A DNA stretch of 64,000 nucleotides, taken from positions 124,001-188,000 of the IMG/VR virus record IMGVR_UViG_3300023235_000008; one strand, given 5' to 3'. The translations under genes and the position numbers were made by a program. The notes under the pieces were generated by a model that was not told where the DNA came from, ran no database searches, and saw only the letters and a list, made by a program, of their open reading frames with translations. Positions 27,425 through 35,900 of this stretch are shown one piece after another. Position 1 is the first letter of the stretch. Each line of letters begins with the position of its first letter.

Positions 27425-27632
27425 ATTTTCCATTCCATTCATATATACTATAATGACGGACGTATGTGTAATCGCCGTTTTCTTTTTCTCGTTTTAACGC
27501 CATCATAGCATCATTAAAGTTACAGGAAAAACAAGGTGACGGTGCATTTTTTGATTTTCCTTCATGAATACAAGTGTTACAACTCGGCTTTGGGCTTTTT
27601 AATGTTTCCCAAAACTTTTCTTTATCGTTCAT
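27417..27632 (-). CDS. FW-tag microprotein, CxxC/WxW class
   Basis: MNDKEKFWETLKSP…CNTC…CFSC…YEWNGKYE. Confidence 0.8.
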   Translation of the reverse strand: MNDKEKFWETLKSPKPSCNTCIHEGKSKNAPSPCFSCNFNDAMMALKREKENGDYTYVRHYSIYEWNGKYE

Positions 27633-27819
27633 CGACACCATTCCATTCCCAATAATCTTCAGTAATAAAGAAACCTTCAGTAAAGAAACGAAACCTACGA
27701 TGCTTAATACAATCTGCGTCCAGTGAACACCCTTGGTCTACCAAATGAATACAGTTTCGGCAGTTATGGTGTGTTGGTTCACGCAATGCTTTCCAAAACT
27801 TTTCTTTATCTTTATTCAT
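27622..27819 (-). CDS. FW-tag microprotein, CxxC/WxW class
   Basis: MNKDKEKFWKALREP…CRNC…C…C…WEWNGVDER. Confidence 0.8.
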   Translation of the reverse strand: MNKDKEKFWKALREPTHHNCRNCIHLVDQGCSLDADCIKHRRFRFFTEGFFITEDYWEWNGVDER

Positions 27820-27825
27820 ATAAGA

Positions 27826-28086
27826 TTATGGAAAGACAGGCAGGGGTTCATCGTCGTCGGTGTCGTCTTTGCCATTCCATTTCCAATAACTGTATTCGCC
27901 GTGCTGTTCACTCACGTGTGCGCTTTTACAACGACCACAAAATGCACTACCATTCACATTACCAAAATCGTGATACGAATATCTTTCGGGAGAATAGAAA
28001 CCGGGACGTGTACAAGTACCACATGATTTTGCAGGTGTTTTTAAATCTTGCCAGAACTTTTCTTTATCATCGAGGTTTTTATACAT
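27826..28086 (-). CDS. FW-tag microprotein, CxxC/WxW class
   Basis: DDKEKFWQDLKTP…CGTC…CGRC…WKWNGK. Confidence 0.8.
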   Translation of the reverse strand: MYKNLDDKEKFWQDLKTPAKSCGTCTRPGFYSPERYSYHDFGNVNGSAFCGRCKSAHVSEQHGEYSYWKWNGKDDTDDDEPLPVFP

Positions 28087-28088
28087 TA

Positions 28089-28970
28089 TTATTTTTTCTT
28101 TCCGGTGCCTGATAACTGCGTCGGTATATATGGACAGTAATAAAATCCTTCATCCATCACTTCCGTTTTACCACGTAACCCATCCCAAAACAGTTTCTTT
28201 CTATTAAGAATATCAATCTGTTTTATAAGCGAAGGTTTATTCATAACGTGTAAATCAAGACCATTTACTTTGGTTTGATATTCCTTGCCATTATTATCAT
28301 ATTCAATGACGACCGTGCCATCCTGCCTAATATCTACCACTTCTTCTTGTGTTCCGACCGAAGCCAATGGAAACGTGAAATGGTTTTCTGTATCATTATA
28401 TCCCGAAAGCAACTGTAATGCAATACTTAATGCAAAATCATTTCGATATGGGGTGGGTCTGAAGTTGAATAAATGCCCGTAATAATGATAGTTTTGGCGA
28501 ACTTCTTGCATCATATCAAATACCGACTTGGAAAACTCAGTCTTTTTAAAATAGATACACGTTGCCCAACGCATAGGAAAACTTGTCTTGCTCATCATTC
28601 TATCAGATGCAAATGTATTTGTGCCCGTAACGTCATATACCTTATCGGCGCATTGAAACTCATGCGCTGAACCGAAATATTTCTTCAAGTTATCTGACAT
28701 AATCAAATAGTCAGCATCAAGTAATAATGTTTCATCATACGGCGAAAGGGAATATGCGGTCATGCGATCCGTATTATGCCAATCCACTTGTTCATACGTA
28801 TTATCACGCCATATAAATGTTCGACTGTTAGCGTTTGTCGGATTTCCAGTGATAATCGTGGTCGGAATATTCAAATGATGAAGTATTAGCTGGCGATTAA
28901 ACTCGGCAATCTTTTCATAATCAATCTGATCATTATTGTAAGCGAAGATTAATGCGCCCTTTGTTGTCAT
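28089..28970 (-). CDS. GT8-like glycosyltransferase with a fused FW-tag/capsid-like C-terminal tail
   Basis: SPYDETLLLDADY (DxD), YRNDFALSIA, DLHVMNK; tail RKKLFWDGLRGKTEVMDEGFYYCPYIPTQL. Confidence 0.75.
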   Translation of the reverse strand: MTTKGALIFAYNNDQIDYEKIAEFNRQLILHHLNIPTTIITGNPTNANSRTFIWRDNTYEQVDWHNTDRMTAYSLSPYDETLLLDADYLIMSDNLKKYFGSAHEFQCADKVYDVTGTNTFASDRMMSKTSFPMRWATCIYFKKTEFSKSVFDMMQEVRQNYHYYGHLFNFRPTPYRNDFALSIALQLLSGYNDTENHFTFPLASVGTQEEVVDIRQDGTVVIEYDNNGKEYQTKVNGLDLHVMNKPSLIKQIDILNRKKLFWDGLRGKTEVMDEGFYYCPYIPTQLSGTGKKK

Positions 28971-29191
28971 TGTTTATGCTCAATCATAGATTTATGATAT
29001 TTGTGAGACATATTGAAAAAGAATAAATCCTTTTCACTCTTGAACTTTAAATAATACATTCCGCCCCAATGACCTTCAATATCAAATGACCATTTAAAAC
29101 GATCAAACGTTTGAAGGTTCACAAGCGTTATGTGCCACTCGTCTATATCGTTAAGGGCTGAAAAGAACTCAAGTTTATGCCATTTGCTCAT
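28967..29191 (-). CDS. Microprotein with C-terminal FKSEKDLFFF module
   Basis: ATGA-coupled at both ends. Confidence 0.65.
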   Translation of the reverse strand: MSKWHKLEFFSALNDIDEWHITLVNLQTFDRFKWSFDIEGHWGGMYYLKFKSEKDLFFFNMSHKYHKSMIEHKQ

Positions 29192-29490
29192 TTAGGAAAG
29201 TTCCTTAAAATGTTCGCCATATCTTTAATCGTGTCGTGTTTTTCTTTTGCCTCTACTTCTTCGGGACGAATGATACGATAGGTTTCAAGCTGAATACGAT
29301 AATATTCTAAGACTTCACTGTTTGAATATCGCCCCGAATAGTCGTAACCATCGGGGTCCAGCTTTTCAAGTTCGGCAATATGCTTTAGAATATTTTCTTT
29401 TGCTCGTTCTTCAATCAACGAATAAGGCGGTGGCAATGGACACTGTAATGCATTCCAGAACTCTTCTTTAGATAAATCATCTTCAATCAT
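29188..29490 (-). CDS. FW-tag microprotein, helical payload
   Basis: LSKEEFWNALQCP. Confidence 0.7.
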   Translation of the reverse strand: MIEDDLSKEEFWNALQCPLPPPYSLIEERAKENILKHIAELEKLDPDGYDYSGRYSNSEVLEYYRIQLETYRIIRPEEVEAKEKHDTIKDMANILRNFPK

Positions 29491-29822
29491 AGTTGGTCAG
29501 TCTTTCGAATCTTACGTAGTTGTTCGTATTCGTTATGCCAATCGTTCATTACTTCATTGTATTTTGTGATTAAACCATGAAGAAAATGGTGGACATCATC
29601 TATTTTGATTGGGTTGTTGTACGAATCTTTTAGAAAATATTCATCTGGGTAGGTTCCAGTATATTCATCAAACCGCATTAATGTCTCAGCGAATGATATC
29701 AACTCAGGGGTGACTTTGAATAAGCCGCCATTATACGCAAGCGTAAGAGCTTGTTCTGCTCTTTCCGCTGCGGTTTGTTTTAATACTTTATGATCTAGAT
29801 GTTTCTTAGCAATACTTTCCAT
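29487..29822 (-). CDS. Hypothetical protein, first gene after a consensus promoter
   Basis: YNGGLFKVTPELISF, DSYNNPIKI. Confidence 0.75.
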   Translation of the reverse strand: MESIAKKHLDHKVLKQTAAERAEQALTLAYNGGLFKVTPELISFAETLMRFDEYTGTYPDEYFLKDSYNNPIKIDDVHHFLHGLITKYNEVMNDWHNEYEQLRKIRKTDQL

Positions 29823-29827
29823 AGGTG

Positions 29828-29856
29828 ATTATATCACGTATTGGAATATATGTCAA
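29828..29856 (-). promoter_or_regulatory. Perfect sigma70 promoter
   Basis: TTGACA-N17-TATAAT with extended TG; ATG only 5 nt downstream. Confidence 0.85.
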
Positions 29857-29858
29857 TA

Positions 29859-30812
29859 TTAAATACCAGATGTTTGTGCAGCACCGACTGGTGTTACTAC
29901 TGCGGTTCCCCAAACAGGAGTTCCCCAAGTATTTGTAAGATATGTGGTTTCCGGTGGATAATACGAGAATGTGGTGGTTGTTGTTCCAGTCACGTTATCT
30001 TCAAGCGTGTATACCTGTTTATTGAAGGCTTGGTCGGCTGCATCATCCTGAAGCAAAACGGTAATGGTAATAACCGTTCCGTTGTTTCCAAGACCATCGG
30101 TAGCGTCATCCGTGTTTGATTGCATACTAACACGGTAATAGTTTGCTGTATATGGTGCGGTATCCGCAGCTTGCTGGAACATTATCGTATCCGAGTTATC
30201 TAATAAATCATAATAACCAGTGGCAGTAAGGTTGGTTACAGGTGTACCGGTTCCGCCAGACTTTCCGCCAGATTGTGCGTTCAATAGATAGTTTGCTGCC
30301 TTCGTGCAAAGGTCGTTCCATTCGTTGTCTTTTGCATTACCAGCACCATGAACCGTCGAAATATCGATATATCCACCAGCGTTGAAGAAATAACGAGCTT
30401 CGTTTCCGCCAGCAAATGTAAGAGTATTTGAGATTGTAAGTGATGTAATCCAATCGGTGGTATTGGCACCAGTTGAGCTAGATACAGTGCCATTCGATAC
30501 TTTATTAAGACGACTAGCACCGATAGATGTAATGTTACCCGACAGTGCGGCATAAGCAGCGATAGGGTCAGTTGCAACAGGACTAGTAATAGCAGTAATA
30601 CCAGTGGCTTGATGACTAGCAGAACTTGATATTCTTGCTAATAATGTTGACCATTGCGTAGCGGTAACCGTATTTCCAGCCGTGACAGATGATAAAGTCG
30701 TTGATTGACCATAACCAGTGTCGCCAGTTCCTGTTCCCCATACGCTATTAACATCGGTTGCAAACCCATTATAATGAGTGTCTAGAATAACGTCGCCTGA
30801 AGTATATGCCAT
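29859..30812 (-). CDS. Virion structural protein (Thr/Gly-rich, tail-associated)
   Basis: MAYTSG…GYGQ…ARYFFNAGG; located in the structural module. Confidence 0.7.
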   Translation of the reverse strand: MAYTSGDVILDTHYNGFATDVNSVWGTGTGDTGYGQSTTLSSVTAGNTVTATQWSTLLARISSSASHQATGITAITSPVATDPIAAYAALSGNITSIGASRLNKVSNGTVSSSTGANTTDWITSLTISNTLTFAGGNEARYFFNAGGYIDISTVHGAGNAKDNEWNDLCTKAANYLLNAQSGGKSGGTGTPVTNLTATGYYDLLDNSDTIMFQQAADTAPYTANYYRVSMQSNTDDATDGLGNNGTVITITVLLQDDAADQAFNKQVYTLEDNVTGTTTTTFSYYPPETTYLTNTWGTPVWGTAVVTPVGAAQTSGI

Positions 30813-30837
30813 GTTTAGTAAGTTCCTTTTCTTTTAT

Positions 30838-32169
30838 TTAGTTTACAGTAACGAAGGCTTCAATATTTCCATCAGCGCCATCTTCTAGTGCACGTCCAAC
30901 CACATTGAATGCAGTTGCTTCACCCGCCTGTGCGGCACGTGCAACGCCATTACCAGCAGAAACCAAACGGTCACCTTTACGAACTTGTCCAACTACACAT
31001 ACTGGGCAACGTCCTGTTAACGCTACGGCTGTTCCGCCTTCTAATCCAGCGTTCATAAGGTGGGCTGGGTTTGTTGAAACAACACCAAATACCGTATCTG
31101 AAAGTTCTTCATTCGCTAATGTAATCTCGTCAATGCCGCCGAGAGCAACCAATGTTCCCGGAGCATATACTGAATCAGCGGCGAAGTTTTCCGCAACGTC
31201 GGCGTATTGTGCCTGTGTTGATGTTCCGTTAAATGTCGTCGCATAAATCGTAGCGAATACATTACCAGAAGCACCAATGTTATGTGTATTTGTTGTTCCC
31301 GGCAAGATTGCCGAGGTAGCACCGTCAATAAGTGCAACAGTAGTGTTAACACCGCCGTCATTAATATTGAACTTGAGGTCACCATCTAGTGTCGTGTTAC
31401 GAACTGTTACATCCGATCCAGCAACACCAATCGTTAAATCACTGTCTGCGCCGATAGTAATACCGCTATCATTTAGAACACCAAATGTGCCCGATGTGGT
31501 ATCAGCTTCGTCAGAACGTAAAAACTGCGTTGAGTTGATTGTGTCTAATGTGTCTGCGTTTGATACGGTTCCGATGAACTGTGCACCAGCAACTGTCGTG
31601 CTTAGATTGTAACCCGGCTTAACCGTAGCAAATCCTGAGATAGCAACCTGTGGAGTGAATTCGCTATCTTTAGAAATGATTGCTACAATAGCATCAGATA
31701 CAAACATCTTAACAACAACGTGGTCCGATGCAAGGGAGTCGGTAATAGTATCAATGACTGGTCCAGACTGACCCGTGCCTGTTGTAAACGCTGGTCCAAT
31801 AAGTGTGAATGACGTGCCGTTATAAACTTTCAACTGGCTGTTCGTCGTATCCCACCAAAGGTCACCAGTAACAACTGGCGTTGGCTCAGTTGCAGATGAT
31901 GTTGAACTTGAAATCGTTTTCCAAGCCGTTCCGGTGTAAACTTGCATCAAACTTGATGTAGTATTCCAGAATAACTGACCCGCAATAGGTGCACTTGGTG
32001 CTGATGTATTCGCAAAGTTTTCAAGAAGCTTAACGAAATCTTCGTTTAGAATCTCCCCATAACCTGCGTAGTTCTTACCGATAAGTGTAATATCAGTCGT
32101 TGTATCAATAGTACCGTCTGCGACTGTAGTTAGCACGGCACCTGTTGTTTTATTTATTGTGTAGGCGAT
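30838..32169 (-). CDS. Tail fibre/baseplate-associated protein with apparent ATC start
   Basis: GGAGA SD 6 nt before ATC-AYTINKTTG; LIGKNYAGYGE, LLENFA, GQLFWN/GDLWWD repeats, AQYADVAE, VALTGRCPV. Confidence 0.8.
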   Translation of the reverse strand: MAYTINKTTGAVLTTVADGTIDTTTDITLIGKNYAGYGEILNEDFVKLLENFANTSAPSAPIAGQLFWNTTSSLMQVYTGTAWKTISSSTSSATEPTPVVTGDLWWDTTNSQLKVYNGTSFTLIGPAFTTGTGQSGPVIDTITDSLASDHVVVKMFVSDAIVAIISKDSEFTPQVAISGFATVKPGYNLSTTVAGAQFIGTVSNADTLDTINSTQFLRSDEADTTSGTFGVLNDSGITIGADSDLTIGVAGSDVTVRNTTLDGDLKFNINDGGVNTTVALIDGATSAILPGTTNTHNIGASGNVFATIYATTFNGTSTQAQYADVAENFAADSVYAPGTLVALGGIDEITLANEELSDTVFGVVSTNPAHLMNAGLEGGTAVALTGRCPVCVVGQVRKGDRLVSAGNGVARAAQAGEATAFNVVGRALEDGADGNIEAFVTVN

Positions 32170-32250
32170 TGTTTTTCTCCACTATGCATATACACCTCTC
32201 AGCACATACGACTTATCATTTCTTATATATGTATTTATGCTTGTTGATTA

Positions 32251-32258
32251 TATTTATA
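32251..32258 (-). promoter_or_regulatory. T4-type late promoter
   Basis: TATAAATA in intergenic space; related TAAATA boxes precede starts at 32937, 49550 and 49987. Confidence 0.65.
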
Positions 32259-32268
32259 CATAATGTTT

Positions 32269-32937
32269 TTATATACTCGTTAATGCTGTCAAAGTTTGAA
32301 CACGAATCGTGTAATCGATACGAATCAATCTGTTCAATGATTTTTGAACTGGGTGAAACACAACGTGGGTAAGTAGTTTTCCCGTATTAACTGTTCCATT
32401 CCAAGCTTTCAAACCTAGTTCATCAAAAACATATGTTCCATCAAAGTTCTCAGTGTTATCAAATGCTTGCTGTCCACTTGGTTCACCATAATCAAGTAAG
32501 CATGAAATAACGATATCCGTGTATACTTGTCCAGTCGTATGTCTAATCTCCATATCATTTCGGGTAGAATCCGTATTCAATGATGAGTTGTCATCTACCA
32601 CTTTATAATATGTCTGGTTGTACAATGCTGCGTTAACGCCACTGCTGTTTGCTGGCAAATAAGTGATAACACCAGTCGGGTCAACGGATGTTCCGCCGTT
32701 TCCAAAAGCCATTTCGTGAATAAAACCTGTCGTCTTATTACCAACACTAAGTGCTAATGCTTCACTGAAATTTTCGAAATGGATAGCATTACGCTTGTTA
32801 ACGTAATCTTCGCCCGTTTCTGGGTCATATATACGAATGTGCCCTTCAAGCATAAGACGCCCCTCGTCTTTAATAGCGGATTCTCGTCTTTCTTCAACAG
32901 GTTTTTGATCGTCGTTCATTGGTTGATCCTTATTCAT
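32269..32937 (-). CDS. Virion structural (baseplate/tail-associated) protein
   Basis: NAIHFENFS, FGNGGT, FDELGL, THVVFHPVQKSLNR. Confidence 0.7.
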   Translation of the reverse strand: MNKDQPMNDDQKPVEERRESAIKDEGRLMLEGHIRIYDPETGEDYVNKRNAIHFENFSEALALSVGNKTTGFIHEMAFGNGGTSVDPTGVITYLPANSSGVNAALYNQTYYKVVDDNSSLNTDSTRNDMEIRHTTGQVYTDIVISCLLDYGEPSGQQAFDNTENFDGTYVFDELGLKAWNGTVNTGKLLTHVVFHPVQKSLNRLIRIDYTIRVQTLTALTSI

Positions 32938-32955
32938 TTGTAGTATTTATCATTC

Positions 32956-35900
32956 TTATTCCGCTAACAAAGTTCTTTTAGCAACAAGATATTGTGCCTG
33001 AAGCGTGCTGCTATTCTGTAATCCCTGACCGTCAGCTGCTGTGCCGTCACCACTTGTATACCATACTTGGGTATGGGTATTGCCGGGGATTTGCTGTCCA
33101 CTTACGTCAAAAACATTGCTACCTAATGCGTGAACGCTTTTAGCACCAGTTCCTTGTGTTCCACGACGAAGGCGACTGACTGTATTCGCATCAGTATCTC
33201 TTTCCCAATACGTAATACGCTCACCCGCAATCATTAAGAAACCGGGAACGCCAGAATCAGTATCAGGTGGTGCAAGACTTGTGGCATTTTCCACATAAAT
33301 CACATCATCTTCAAGTGTAAACTCTTGAACAAGGGTAGTTGTATTGTCTTGTGTGATACGATAATATTCAGTGTTACCAAGCATATCGTTGAAAATACGG
33401 AAGCCTGTTGACGGCTGTGATATTTTTTCACTAAATCCAGACACTACGATAATACTACTTGCGGTTAACGTTGTTGAATCGGCGATGATAATCTCACTAC
33501 CAAGAACACTGTAATCTACCGCACTATGCAGCTTTGTCCCGTCCACTGTAACCCATAGGTAATCGGTGTTAGTAACTGGACGGTCTAGAGTAAAGCGTTG
33601 TTCTGTGCCGACACCCTTAAACACATTGGTTTGAATACGCTGTGGATCGTGATTTGCAAACTGAACAATACGAATAATATCATCTGCCGCAAGTGTAACG
33701 CCAGCATCAATAGTAAGGGTTGTTCCATCACTGCTTACAGTATATTCTGCATCGGTAGTAATGCCGATAACAACCGTATCCTGCGTGGTTGGTGTTCTAG
33801 CCGCAGAATCATCGCCGATAAAGGTTATTGAACGAATAGAACTGCCATCATATGCATTGGTTGTATAATCCTGCCCAGCCACCAAGTTTCTATATTGATC
33901 TACAGATTGGTCATATATGCCAACAATGATATCACTATTTTGAACCAAAGCTTGAGTTTCTTGTGCGGATGTAGGAACATTAAACGTAATGGTGTTACCA
34001 TCGCCGCTATAATAAACCGCATTTGCTGGCCGCAATCTCGAACCATTTACTTCAACAATCATATTTGCTTCAAATGGTTTTGCATACAGTGAAGTATTAT
34101 CAAGAGTAATAACTCGGGTTGAACCGTCGCTTGTTTCAAGCTGTTCAGTAACTTCGGAGAATGCCTGACGTACATCAGGATCAACATCATATAGAACAAT
34201 ATGAACGTGCTGACCTGCTGTCGGGGTAGATGAAAGAACAACGTCAATAAAGTTTCCATTGACAACGATATTCGGGTTAAGACTTCTAACGCCATCTACC
34301 AGAACATATCCCTGTTCTACAACATCGGGATCAATAGGAACCGTAAAGGTATCCGTTATGCCATCTGCGGTAAAGCTTTTTTCAGCTACTGGATTTTCAC
34401 CCGTGTTACTAAACGAATATATATAAATAGTGTCATTTGATACGGGCACTGACACGAAGGTAACAATGCCGTTCGTGTAATCCACCGTAAAGTCGATGTC
34501 TTGGTATTGAACGCCACCAAGCGCAGTCCACACAAATATATTATCAACATCTTCAACCGATGAGCTGCCTTTGTAACCAAATGAGGCTGTTGAACCGTCA
34601 CTCACGTGAAATTCTGTATATATACGGGCTGCATTGCCGTCAAATTCTTGATCTTGCCCCGGTAACGTAAACACTTTAAGGTCGAGCGTATCGAACATTA
34701 TGCCCGGAACAAATTCCTCTGGAGAGTGTGAGTTATATACATCGATGTATTTTCCACCAACAATATCAATATCTTCTGGCGCAACACCCAATGCTGCATC
34801 GGAATAAGTTGAACGGATAATACTATCAATTGAACTTGCGCCACTGATAACGGCAATACCATTCTCGTCAATTTCAAATGCGTCAAATTCCTCAACATCA
34901 AATGCCCCCACATCAAAACCGGGATTTGCATTGAAATCTGGACCATATACTCGGACACCGGGGTAGTCTGTTCCGATTTGTAGCTGGGTTATATCGTTGC
35001 CGATCATTCCTTCAGTCGGTGTGTAATAAGCGGCTATTCTATCTGCTGCGCTAGTAAAGTCGCCATCTGCATAAACCGTGAGATTAGATGCATCGAAAGT
35101 GGCACTACTTGTGTAATCAGCAACAACTTCATACGCTTCACCAAGATAAGAAATAATCTGTGCGGCAGTATAAGCAGTATTTGCTTCCCATTCGACGATA
35201 TCGGATGAATATGCAATTCGATCAAACTTCAATATTGAATCAAATTCACGTACTTTGCCGTTAGTTAGTTGCAGATATATTTCAAGCCCTGTGCCCACGC
35301 CATCTATTTCAACGGTAGGAGTAGTTGTATACCCATTACCCTCATTGATAACTGTTAGCTGCGTAATCACACTGCCGTTGGTTTTTGCTTCAATTATAGC
35401 ACCTGAACCGCCGCCGCCAGTAACTGTTAATACGGGCGGAATTGTATACCCAATACCACTATTAAGAAGGATTGTAGACCCGACTGAATACCCATAGTTA
35501 TCGCCCCAAGGAACATTAAGACCTTGTTCCCAAAGTGCAAAATCGCTTGCTTTTTCACCAGATGGTTTGCGATAATAACCAAGGTCTGAATCGAAATAAC
35601 TGTGTACGTCGAAATCTGTCACATCACCATTCCACGGATCATCCTTGGTATATTCTAAAATATATTCACGAACATTTGTACGATACGGTTTGGCTTCGGC
35701 AATATAATCACTGATGTAATCTTGGTTATCACGCTGATAACTAGGATATTGATCAAGACCACGCAGTTTTTGCACAACCTTGATAAACGATGTCTTGATT
35801 AACCAGTCAGCATAAGGCTGTTCGGTTAGTAGATATTCAACCATAGTGAACCACAGACGATTCCATTCAACACGAATGTCTTCAACGAAGATATCGTTTT

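Noticed and set aside
14738-29490. Integron or IS-mediated cassette array
   Set aside because: No integrase or transposase, no attC-like palindromes or terminal inverted repeats, and the cassettes overlap with essentially no intergenic DNA.
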